Shown here: piece after piece, positions 17,347-25,596 of the stretch
Layout: each line of letters opens with the position of its first letter
Position numbering within the stretch: the first letter of the stretch is position 1
NCBI GenBank assembly: GCA_024277355.1
Contig: JAJRVL010000004.1
Coordinates: 150,001 to 182,000 of the forward strand
Source of the DNA: an archaeon
GTDB lineage: Archaea; Iainarchaeota; Iainarchaeia; Iainarchaeales; 1-14-0-10-31-34
Direction: 5' to 3'
Length of the DNA stretch: 32,000 bases
Notes under the pieces: generated by a model
What the model saw: the letters and a program-made list of their open reading frames with translations, nothing else
Database searches by the model: none
What the model was told of the DNA's origin: nothing
Position numbers and translations under genes: made by a program

Positions 17347-18549
17347 TTATTCTTCTCTTAGTGCTTCAACTGGCTCCATTAATGAAGCTCTTCTTGCAGG
17401 AATAAAACCTGAAATCATGCCGATTAAAAAAGCAAAAGCAAGCGAACCAAATAAAAGTAAAGGATTAAATTCAATTATTAAATTAATTCCAGAAGAACTT
17501 GCAATCATTCCTCCAATCAAAGCAATACTAAAACCAATAACATAACCAATAAATCCGCCGATTAAACCAATTACTCCTGATTCAACTAAAAATAAAGATA
17601 AAATAATTGTATTTGTTGCTCCTACTGCTTTCATAATTCCAATTTCCCTAGTCCTCTCCATTACAGCCATTAACATAGTATTCATAATTCCAATACCGCC
17701 AACAACCAAAGAAATTCCTGCAATAAAAACTAAAACCATTTGAATTAAACCTAAAATAGATAAAGCACTTTCCTGTATTTGAGATGCAGTCATTATCTGA
17801 AAGTCTTCTTTGCCGTGAGCTTTTTTTAATTCTTTTTTTATTCTTTCTTTTACTTCTGATACTTCTTTTTTGTTTACTGCTTTAGCAAAAATCCTAAAAG
17901 GAGTTAATTCTTCTCCTGTAATTTCTTCTAAGGTTTTATAATTAATTACTATAGCTGAATCAAATGCTGCTCCAAAAGATTGTCCTGCAGATTTAGTTAT
18001 TCCTACAACTCTTAAATAACTTCCATCTAAAACAAGTTTTTGTTTTAATTCTATTTCTGAATCAAATTTCTCTTCTGAAAATCTTTTTCCAATTAAAACA
18101 GAAAAAGAATCAGATGAAGTTAAATTTCTTCCTTCACCTATAGACAATAATCCTATGTCTTCAAGTAAATCCTGTTTTTTTGTATCAATTCCCACTAACA
18201 AAGCACTTTTTTTTTCTTCTTTAAATCCAACTGTCTGAGAAGCTAAAAATAATGGAGTAGCACTTTCAACTCCTTTTATTGCTTCAATTCTGTCAACATC
18301 TTTTTTTTCCAGTTTAGCAAAAACACTTGACATAAAACTTGAACCAGGCAGAATAATTAAAGTATTTGAACCCATTTTTTCAAATTCTTTTTCAACAGAT
18401 TTATTAAATCCATCTCCAATTGAAATTAATGCAACAACAGAACCAATTCCAATAATTATTCCTAATAAAGTAAGCAGGCTTCTGAATTTTTGTCTTTTCA
18501 GGTTTTCTGTTGCACGGGAAAATAATTCTAAATCCATTTTTTCACTCAA
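17347..18549 (-). CDS. MacB/FtsX-like ABC transporter permease (copy 1)
   Basis: LLTLLGIIIGIGSVVALISIGDG, ISLVVGGIGIMNTMLMAVMERTREIGIMKAVGATNTIILSLFLVES, FIPARRASLMEPVEALR. Confidence 0.93.
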   Translation of the reverse strand: MSEKMDLELFSRATENLKRQKFRSLLTLLGIIIGIGSVVALISIGDGFNKSVEKEFEKMGSNTLIILPGSSFMSSVFAKLEKKDVDRIEAIKGVESATPLFLASQTVGFKEEKKSALLVGIDTKKQDLLEDIGLLSIGEGRNLTSSDSFSVLIGKRFSEEKFDSEIELKQKLVLDGSYLRVVGITKSAGQSFGAAFDSAIVINYKTLEEITGEELTPFRIFAKAVNKKEVSEVKERIKKELKKAHGKEDFQIMTASQIQESALSILGLIQMVLVFIAGISLVVGGIGIMNTMLMAVMERTREIGIMKAVGATNTIILSLFLVESGVIGLIGGFIGYVIGFSIALIGGMIASSSGINLIIEFNPLLLFGSLAFAFLIGMISGFIPARRASLMEPVEALREE

Positions 18550-19738
18550 ACCTCAATGATTCAACCGGATCAAGATTAGCTGCTCTTTGTGCAGGAATCC
18601 AACCTGAAACCATTCCAACAATTAAAGAAAAAATTAATGCTCCTGCAATTAATTCAAGTGAAGGAAAAGCATTAAACGGAAAACCAGAGTAAGCTGCAGC
18701 AAAAGAAGCTAAAAAAGCAATTCCTATTCCAAGAAACACCCCTATAATTCCTCCAATTAATCCAATTAAAGCTGATTCAACTAAAAATAAAGATAAAATA
18801 ATTGTATTTGTTGCTCCTACTGCTTTCATAATTCCAATTTCCCTAGTCCTCTCCATTACAGCCATTAACATAGTATTCATAATTCCAATACCGCCAACAA
18901 CCAAAGAAATACCAGCAATAACAAAAACAACTAAACCGACTAAACTTAAAATTACATCTGCTCCTGCCAGTAAATTTTCTGAAGTCATAGTATAGAAGTC
19001 TTTTGTGCCGTGTTTTTTTTCTAATTCATAATCAATTTTTTCCTGTACTTTTTTTATTTTATCTGTGTCAGTTACAGTCACAATTAATTCAGTTGGTTTT
19101 TCTTCGCCAAAAAATTCTTTTACTATAGTGTCAGTAACTAAAATCATATTTGACGCACCAAAAGCAGACGCAAAAGTATTATCTTTGCTTATTGCAATTA
19201 CACGAAAAGTTTTTTCATTCATTTTAACATTTTCTTTTATTTGAACTTGCGTATCAAAAGTTTCTTCTGCAAAACTCTGGTATAAGCCGACAGAATACAT
19301 GTCATTTTTACTGAAAGTTCTTCCTTCAATTATTTTAACATAACCCATGTTTTCTAATAAATACATTTTATCTGGTTCCATTCCAATCAAAATGACTTCT
19401 GCTTCCTGTCCATTATATTCCATTATAGTCGAAGTCTCCCAAAAGCCGGTTGCATCTTCTACTCCAGGAATAGTTTTAATTAAATCCAAGTCATCCTGCG
19501 ATAAAGTTCTGGAAACAGCAGTTGAAATTCCCATATCTGAACCTGGTTCAACAAAAATAGTATCTAAACCTAAAGACTGCAGTTCACCTGAAATAAAAAA
19601 TTGTAACCCTTGAACTATTCCAATTAAAGAAACAATTGCTGCAATTCCAATTACAATTCCAAGCAAAGTTAAATAACTTCTTATTTTCTGGTTTCGAATA
19701 TTTTTGAAGGCAACCGAAAAAGTTTCCAAATCAACCAT
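18542..19738 (-). CDS. MacB/FtsX-like ABC transporter permease (copy 2)
   Basis: LLGIVIGIAAIVSLIGIVQG, same VVGGIGIMNTMLMAVMERTREIGIMKAVGATNTIILSLFLVES block, WIPAQRAANLDPVESLRFE. Confidence 0.93.
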   Translation of the reverse strand: MVDLETFSVAFKNIRNQKIRSYLTLLGIVIGIAAIVSLIGIVQGLQFFISGELQSLGLDTIFVEPGSDMGISTAVSRTLSQDDLDLIKTIPGVEDATGFWETSTIMEYNGQEAEVILIGMEPDKMYLLENMGYVKIIEGRTFSKNDMYSVGLYQSFAEETFDTQVQIKENVKMNEKTFRVIAISKDNTFASAFGASNMILVTDTIVKEFFGEEKPTELIVTVTDTDKIKKVQEKIDYELEKKHGTKDFYTMTSENLLAGADVILSLVGLVVFVIAGISLVVGGIGIMNTMLMAVMERTREIGIMKAVGATNTIILSLFLVESALIGLIGGIIGVFLGIGIAFLASFAAAYSGFPFNAFPSLELIAGALIFSLIVGMVSGWIPAQRAANLDPVESLRFE

Positions 19739-19754
19739 GATTTAAAAACTCCTT

Positions 19755-20954
19755 TCACTTACTTTTTTTTATGAATTTAAAGTAAATTTTTTTGCCGGCA
19801 AAATAAACTACAATTAAAACAACAATATAAAACCATAAATTGAATTCTCCTGATGAAGCTTCAGCTGAATTAAAGACTTTTAAAGTCAAAAATTTTGTTG
19901 TTGTTTTTTGTATGCCATATTTGTCTTTGTAATTAAATTCAATTTTAATTAAATAGTCTCCTGTTTTTATGTTTGAATTTAATTTTAAGTTTTCTTTAAA
20001 GGAATCAAAGTCATCTGCATTCATTGTTCCAATAAAATGCTTTGAATTATCAAATACTCCGATATCAGTTGAAATTACTGCAACAACAGATTTAGCGTCT
20101 CCAATGCCTGTATTAAATAAATCAAAAGTTAATTCTGTTTTTCCTCCGGGAAAAGCTCTTGGTTCAGCATTACTTATAACTGAATCTAATTCAGCGTTTT
20201 CAGTTACTTTAATTCCAATATATTTAGTTTGAGTATAATCAGTTAATTCTTCGTCTTTTAATTTAATTGTAATTGGAACCATATAAGTCTGCTGTTCTGC
20301 TTCAGGATTAACTCCTAATAAAATTGAAACCGTTTTTTGTTCTCCTGCTTTTAATTCACTTAAATAAACAAAAGAACTTCCTAACTGCTTTAATTCTCTT
20401 TCAACTACTATTCCAGTTGAAGTAACAGTTCTGTCTTCTTGGCTTCCAATTAAAACATCTAATGCTTTGCCTGAACCAATATTTCTTAAATCTAATTTAA
20501 CTTCAACGGTTTCTCCAGGAGAAATTTCAATTGGAGAAACAGAAATTATTTCAATTTGAGGATTAATTTTTTTTACATCAATTGTATAAGGAAAACTGCT
20601 TCCTAATTCTCCTTGTTCTGTTGCTTCTAATCTTAAAGTATAACTTCCATTTAATGCTCCTGAATCCACTCTTACAGTATATTTCACTAAAGTTCTTTGA
20701 TAAGCTTTAATTGTTCCTAATTCTTTTTCTGAATTAACTCCAGGATTCAAAGAAAAAGGATAATCTAAATCCAAATTAAAAACAACATCTTTTGAATCTG
20801 CTCCTGAAGTATTTTTTACTACAACCCATAACTCAAAAGAATCCCCAGGCATAACCGGAGAAGGAGAATAAGTAACAGAATTCATATCTAAATTAACTGC
20901 ACTGACAGTTACAGCAAAAGCCAAAACAAAAAAAATTAATCCAAGTTTTTTCAT
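19755..20954 (-). CDS. Secreted, membrane-anchored protein with CARDB/COG1361-like repeats, probable ABC exporter partner
   Basis: Signal peptide MKKLGLIFFVLAFAVTVSAV; repeated beta-sandwich-like segments (YSPSPVMPGDSFELWVVVKN, VSPIEISPGETVEVKLDLRNIGSGKA, AFPGGKTELTFDLFNTGIGDAK); C-terminal TM and Lys-rich tail. Confidence 0.82.
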   Translation of the reverse strand: MKKLGLIFFVLAFAVTVSAVNLDMNSVTYSPSPVMPGDSFELWVVVKNTSGADSKDVVFNLDLDYPFSLNPGVNSEKELGTIKAYQRTLVKYTVRVDSGALNGSYTLRLEATEQGELGSSFPYTIDVKKINPQIEIISVSPIEISPGETVEVKLDLRNIGSGKALDVLIGSQEDRTVTSTGIVVERELKQLGSSFVYLSELKAGEQKTVSILLGVNPEAEQQTYMVPITIKLKDEELTDYTQTKYIGIKVTENAELDSVISNAEPRAFPGGKTELTFDLFNTGIGDAKSVVAVISTDIGVFDNSKHFIGTMNADDFDSFKENLKLNSNIKTGDYLIKIEFNYKDKYGIQKTTTKFLTLKVFNSAEASSGEFNLWFYIVVLIVVYFAGKKIYFKFIKKSK

Positions 20955-21045
20955 TTAAATTACACCTCTTATAAAAAAATATTTAAATTAAAAATTACAC
21001 TTCTATAATAATTAACAATATTTAATTTAAAAATTAATCATTTAT

Positions 21046-21768
21046 TTATTTAACGCTTTTTTCAGTTATTTTCTTTTTTTTTAGTGTTTCATTATGAATT
21101 ATTTTTCCGTCTTTTAAATGAATTATTCTTTCAGCATGATCTGCAATTTCTCTTTCATGAGTAACCATTAAAATTGTTTTTCCTTTTTTGTCATGCAGTT
21201 CATTAATTAATTCCATTATTTGTTTTCCTGAAACAGAATCAAGGTTTCCTGTTGGTTCATCTGCAACAATAATATCAGGGTTAACTGCTAAGGCTCTTGC
21301 AATAGCAACCCTCTGCCTTTGTCCTCCAGATAATTCAGTGGGCCTGTGATGCATTCTGTCAGCTAAACCAACATCAGTTAATATTTCTTCAGATATTTTT
21401 TCTCTTTTATTTTTTGGAATGCCTTGAAACCATAAAGGCATCATAACATTTTCTTTTGCAGTTAAACGATTAATTAAATTAAATGTCTGAAAAACAAAAC
21501 CAATAGTTCTTCCCCTGATTAAAGCTAATTCATTATCATTCATTTTAGAAATAGGTTTTTTGTTTATGAAAACTTCCCCTGAAGTAGGCCTTAACAAAAC
21601 ACTTAAAACATCAAGTAAAGTAGTTTTTCCGCTTCCACTTGGACCCATTATTGCAACAAATTCCTGTTTTTTTAATTCAAAACTTACGTCATCTAATGCA
21701 TTAAGTTTTGTTTCACCCATAACATAAGTTTTCACAATATTTTTTGCATCAATAATAATTTCACTCAT
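21046..21768 (-). CDS. ABC transporter ATP-binding protein (LolD/MacB type)
   Basis: MGPSGSGKTTLLDVLSVLLRPTSG, LSGGQRQRVAIARALAVNPDIIVADEPTGNLDS, MVTHEREIADHAERII. Confidence 0.96.
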   Translation of the reverse strand: MSEIIIDAKNIVKTYVMGETKLNALDDVSFELKKQEFVAIMGPSGSGKTTLLDVLSVLLRPTSGEVFINKKPISKMNDNELALIRGRTIGFVFQTFNLINRLTAKENVMMPLWFQGIPKNKREKISEEILTDVGLADRMHHRPTELSGGQRQRVAIARALAVNPDIIVADEPTGNLDSVSGKQIMELINELHDKKGKTILMVTHEREIADHAERIIHLKDGKIIHNETLKKKKITEKSVK

Positions 21769-21979
21769 AACATAAAAAAACAGAATCAAATAATTTAAAT
21801 AACAATTGATTAAAAAAGAAAAAAAGAATTAAAACTAACTTATTCTTCAACGTAATTAATTCCCCCTCAATTCTCCCTGAAAAGTTCTGACACACAAAAT
21901 TATTTAAAATGAATGCAACGACAAACGACGAAAAGGGATTAGGAAAGCTTAAATATTAGTTATTTCATACTATTGTTTT

Positions 21980-22300
21980 ATGGATTTGAAAGAATTTTTT
22001 AGACCAGCTAAAAATACTTGGATTATTTTTTTAATATTTGCTGTTTTAGCAATTATAGATTTTTATTTTAGCTTAGGAGTTGAGGTTTTTTCTGAATCTG
22101 GAAACTATTTTATAGGTGGTCAATTAAATCATGAGATAGCCAATATTTTGTTTTTTCCAGTAATCTTTTTGTTTGATTTATTTGGAATTCAGTTTTTTGA
22201 TAAATGGTATTTAATAATTATGTTCACAATTGGATTTGCTTATTTGTGGGTTATTTCCTGTTTGATAAGTTTTCTGTGGAATAAATTTAAACAAAGATAA
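21980..22300 (+). CDS. Small membrane protein, unknown function
   Basis: Three hydrophobic segments; TATA-like CTTAAATAT about 24 nt upstream of ATG. Confidence 0.6.
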   Translation: MDLKEFFRPAKNTWIIFLIFAVLAIIDFYFSLGVEVFSESGNYFIGGQLNHEIANILFFPVIFLFDLFGIQFFDKWYLIIMFTIGFAYLWVISCLISFLWNKFKQR

Positions 22301-22375
22301 AAAAAATATTAAATTAATCTGTACGACAAAAAACGAAAAGAAAAGCTTTTATATAAAGAGTTTATAAGTAATATT

Positions 22376-22795
22376 GTGAACAAAAAAACAATTCTAATAA
22401 TAATTTTATTTTTGTCAGTTTTATTTAGTGGCTGTACTCAAAAGTTAACTGAACAACAATTAGAAGAGAAAGCAAAAGAAGAATTTTATGAACTTGAAGA
22501 TGCAGATGTGTTTGGAGTTTATTTTAAGGCATCTGATTTCATTTTAGGAAAAAGCGAAATTCTTTTCCCACAAGAAATTAAATTATTTGATTTTGAATGC
22601 AAAGGAGCCCTTTCAGGAAATTGTTTAATGACTGAAAATGAATTTTATTCCTTAAATGAAAAAGTTCATATATATAATTTTCAACTAAAAGAAGAAACAA
22701 AACGGGATGACAGAACTATGTGGGGAAAAGTAATACTAAAAAACAATGGCGAAGTAATAGCCAAATATATTAACGGACTAGAACACTTTATCTAA
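22376..22795 (+). CDS. Putative lipoprotein, unknown function
   Basis: MNKKTILIIILFLSVLFSGCTQKLTEQQ, FSGC lipobox; GTG start; TTTTATATA about 21 nt upstream. Confidence 0.65.
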   Translation: MNKKTILIIILFLSVLFSGCTQKLTEQQLEEKAKEEFYELEDADVFGVYFKASDFILGKSEILFPQEIKLFDFECKGALSGNCLMTENEFYSLNEKVHIYNFQLKEETKRDDRTMWGKVILKNNGEVIAKYINGLEHFI

Positions 22796-22850
22796 ACAAT
22801 GAAAACTTATATGCGAAAATTTTACAAAATAGTTCCAAGTCAAAGAATAA

Positions 22851-22868
22851 ATAAAACGTTCGTTTTAT
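22851..22868. promoter_or_regulatory. Palindromic operator candidate upstream of the wHTH-MNT gene
   Basis: ATAAAACG-TT-CGTTTTAT perfect inverted repeat overlapping a TATA-like TTTTATATA. Confidence 0.5.
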
Positions 22869-22893
22869 ATATTGAACGATAGTTTGTTTTATT

Positions 22894-23433
22894 ATGTTAT
22901 ATAACTGGAATAAATTCAAAGGATGGAAAATACTTGAATTTTTTCTACGAAGCCCTGAGAAAATTCATGTAAAAGGACTGGCAAAAAAACTTAAAATCAG
23001 TTCAGGAACCTCTCAGAAATATCTTTTGGAATACGAAAAACAGGGAATTTTAGAGAAAGAAAGAACAGCTAATGTTTTAAGTTATTCACTGAAAGAAACT
23101 CCTTTAACTCTTGAATTAAAAAAAACGTTTTTTATTTCAAAAATAATGCATTTTATTGAAAAATTTCAGAAAGACAATCCTTTTGTTGTTTCTTTAGTAT
23201 TATACGGAAGCCATGCAAAAGGAACTTTTGACAAAAAAAGCGATATTGATTTAATTGCAGTAAGTCAAGAAAAAAAATTAAAGTTGAATTCAATAAAAAA
23301 AATGGAAGAAAAAACACTAAAAGAAGCAAGAATGCAAATTTTTACTTTAACTGAATGGAAAAAACAGTCAAAAGAAAGTTTTGGTTTAGCAGTATCAAAA
23401 AACAACATTTTATTGCTTGGAGAATTACTGTGA
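22894..23433 (+). CDS. wHTH plus minimal nucleotidyltransferase (MNT) domain protein
   Basis: IHVKGLAKKLKISSGTSQKYLLEYEKQGILEKE (wHTH) and SLVLYGSHAKGTFDKKSDIDLIAVS (GSx10DxD). Confidence 0.88.
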   Translation: MLYNWNKFKGWKILEFFLRSPEKIHVKGLAKKLKISSGTSQKYLLEYEKQGILEKERTANVLSYSLKETPLTLELKKTFFISKIMHFIEKFQKDNPFVVSLVLYGSHAKGTFDKKSDIDLIAVSQEKKLKLNSIKKMEEKTLKEARMQIFTLTEWKKQSKESFGLAVSKNNILLLGELL

Positions 23434-23870
23434 AAATAAAAGCATTAATTGAAAAAGGCTTATTAATTAAAAATAAGTCAAGCAAACATGAAATTTCAGG
23501 TTCAATAACAATAGCAGAAAAATTTATTGAAAAAGCAAAAGGAAACCAAAAAATAGAATATTTCGATGTAGCTTTTAGTCTTGCGTACCAATCAATATTT
23601 CATTCAATAAGAGCATTATTATTCAAAAACAACTTAAAAGAAAGAAGCCATTCAGCAATGATTACTGCAGTAAAAGAAATATATAAAGAAAAAAATAATT
23701 TAACAGAATTACTGCAGACAGCAGATTCTTACAGAATTACAAGACACGCAATACAATATATTGGAGCAGGCTGTACAAAAGAAGATTCACAAGAAGCAAT
23801 AAAAGATGCAGAAAAACTAATTGATGAAATTGAATTAATTTTATACAGCAAAAACAAAAAAATTAATTAA
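23430..23870 (+). CDS. HEPN-domain-like protein partner of MNT
   Basis: GSITIAEKFIEKAKGNQKIEYFDVAFSLAYQSIFHSIRALLFKNNLKERSHSAMITAV...TADSYRITRHAIQYIG. GTG 23430 overlaps the MNT stop (GTGA); the track start at 23355 is in the MNT gene. Confidence 0.8.
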   Translation: MKIKALIEKGLLIKNKSSKHEISGSITIAEKFIEKAKGNQKIEYFDVAFSLAYQSIFHSIRALLFKNNLKERSHSAMITAVKEIYKEKNNLTELLQTADSYRITRHAIQYIGAGCTKEDSQEAIKDAEKLIDEIELILYSKNKKIN

Positions 23871-23874
23871 TTAA

Positions 23875-23897
23875 AAATTAACCTGAACGGTTAATTT
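23875..23897. promoter_or_regulatory. Inverted repeat between the HEPN gene and pckA (operator or terminator)
   Basis: AAATTAACC-TGAAC-GGTTAATTT perfect 9-bp arms, abutting TTTAAATAA. Confidence 0.4.
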
Positions 23898-23947
23898 AAA
23901 TAATTTTTGAATACATAATTTGTTTTTCAGTTAAAAAAAGTGAAAGA

Positions 23948-25480
23948 ATGCAAAAAGACTATTTAATTAAAAAAATAAAAGAAAACTGTGAATTAATTGT
24001 TAATCCTTCTCCTGAAGAATTAAGGGAAATGGCTAAAGACAAAGAAACTACAACTGAATTTGGTTCTGCTTCTTATGTTTCAAAAATAAGGAACAGAAGT
24101 GCAAAAAAAACTTTTATGGTGCCTGAAGTTGAATTAGGATTAAAACAAAAAAAAATAGAAGAAAAAAACGCAGAAGAATTAGCAGAAAAAGTATTAGATT
24201 ACTTAAAAGACAAAAAATTAATTCAAATGGATAAAACAATGTGCAATAATCCAGAATACGAATTAGCATGCAGATTATATACAACAAAAGAAAACGCAAA
24301 ACTTCCTTTTATGTGGAATTATATGCTGTTTCCAAAAAAAAAAGATTCACCTGATTTAATTAGCATTCATGTTCCTGAATGGAATGAAACTAAAATTTTT
24401 TGTTATCCAAAACAAGGAATAACTTTTTGTTTAGGAACAGATTATTTTGGAGAAGTAAAAAAATCTTTTTTAAGAATGACAATGTTTAATCATAAAATTA
24501 ATTCAAAAGGATTAGGTTTTCATGCAGGAAGCAAATGCATTTCAATTAAAGACAAAAACGGAAAACTAAAAGACGCAGGATTTATTATGTTTGGCTTAAG
24601 CGGAACAGGAAAAACAACTTTAACAATTCATTCTCATGGATTAGAAGAAAATCAAGTCAGCATAAGGCAGGATGACGTATTATTAATGGATGAAAAAGGA
24701 TTTTGTGCTGGAACAGAATTTGGTTTTTTTATTAAAACAGAAGGATTAGATGAAAGCCAGAAAGTTTTATTTGAAGCCGCAACAAAACCAACCGCAATAT
24801 TTGAAAACATTAAAGTAAAAGAAAACGGAAAAGTTGACTTTGATGACTTTGAATTAACTTCAAATGGAAGAGGAGTTTTACCTAGAAATTCAGTTAAAGG
24901 AGCAGGAAAAACAGTTGATTTGCATAAAGCAGATAAAATAATTTTTATTACTAGAAGAGAAGACATTGTTCCTGTAATAGCAAAATTAAACACAGAACAA
25001 GCTGCTGCTTTTTTTATGTTAGGGGAAAGCATTGAAACTTCAGCAGGAGATCCAGCTAAAGCAGGACAATCAAAAAGAGTAGTTGGAACAAATCCTTTTA
25101 TTATAGGAAAAGAAGAAAAAGAAGGAAACAGGTTATATGAAATATTAAAAGCCAATCCAGATATTGAATGTTTTTTAATGAATACAGGCGGAATTGGAAG
25201 AACTGGTTTTGGAAAAGGAAAAGACATTTCAATTAAATTATCCACTCAAATCATGAAGTTTATTGCTCAAAACAGAATTGAATGGAAAGAATCAAGAAAC
25301 TGGGGTTATTTGGTTCCAAAAGAAATTGAAGGATTTGATTTTGAACAATTTGAACCTTCAAGATATTATTCAGAAAAAGAATACAATGAAAAAGTAGAAA
25401 AACTAAAACAAGAAAGAAAAGAATGGTTAGCTCAGTTTCCTAAATTAAAAAAAGAAATAATTGAAGCTATTTACAAATGA
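23948..25480 (+). CDS. pckA: Phosphoenolpyruvate carboxykinase, ATP type
   Basis: FGLSGTGKTTLTIHSHG, RQDDVLLMDEKGFCAGTEFGFFIKTEGL, IFITRREDIVPVIAKL, LNTEQAAAFFMLGESIETSAGDPAKAG. Confidence 0.9.
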   Translation: MQKDYLIKKIKENCELIVNPSPEELREMAKDKETTTEFGSASYVSKIRNRSAKKTFMVPEVELGLKQKKIEEKNAEELAEKVLDYLKDKKLIQMDKTMCNNPEYELACRLYTTKENAKLPFMWNYMLFPKKKDSPDLISIHVPEWNETKIFCYPKQGITFCLGTDYFGEVKKSFLRMTMFNHKINSKGLGFHAGSKCISIKDKNGKLKDAGFIMFGLSGTGKTTLTIHSHGLEENQVSIRQDDVLLMDEKGFCAGTEFGFFIKTEGLDESQKVLFEAATKPTAIFENIKVKENGKVDFDDFELTSNGRGVLPRNSVKGAGKTVDLHKADKIIFITRREDIVPVIAKLNTEQAAAFFMLGESIETSAGDPAKAGQSKRVVGTNPFIIGKEEKEGNRLYEILKANPDIECFLMNTGGIGRTGFGKGKDISIKLSTQIMKFIAQNRIEWKESRNWGYLVPKEIEGFDFEQFEPSRYYSEKEYNEKVEKLKQERKEWLAQFPKLKKEIIEAIYK

Positions 25481-25596
25481 ATTTAAGAAATAAAAAAAAA
25501 AATAAATTTTAAAAAAAAGAAAATAAACAAAATAAATGAATTTTTAAATAATTGCTTAAAGTAATTTAATCATAAAACTTTATTTGAGGGGAAAAA

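Noticed and set aside
17321-17545. Short plus-strand ORF over permease copy 1 and similar ORFs at 19347-19613 and 19969-20232
   Set aside because: Antisense to well-supported coding sequences.
24652-25245. 197-aa minus-strand ORF inside pckA
   Set aside because: Antisense to a strongly conserved gene, with no recognisable motif.
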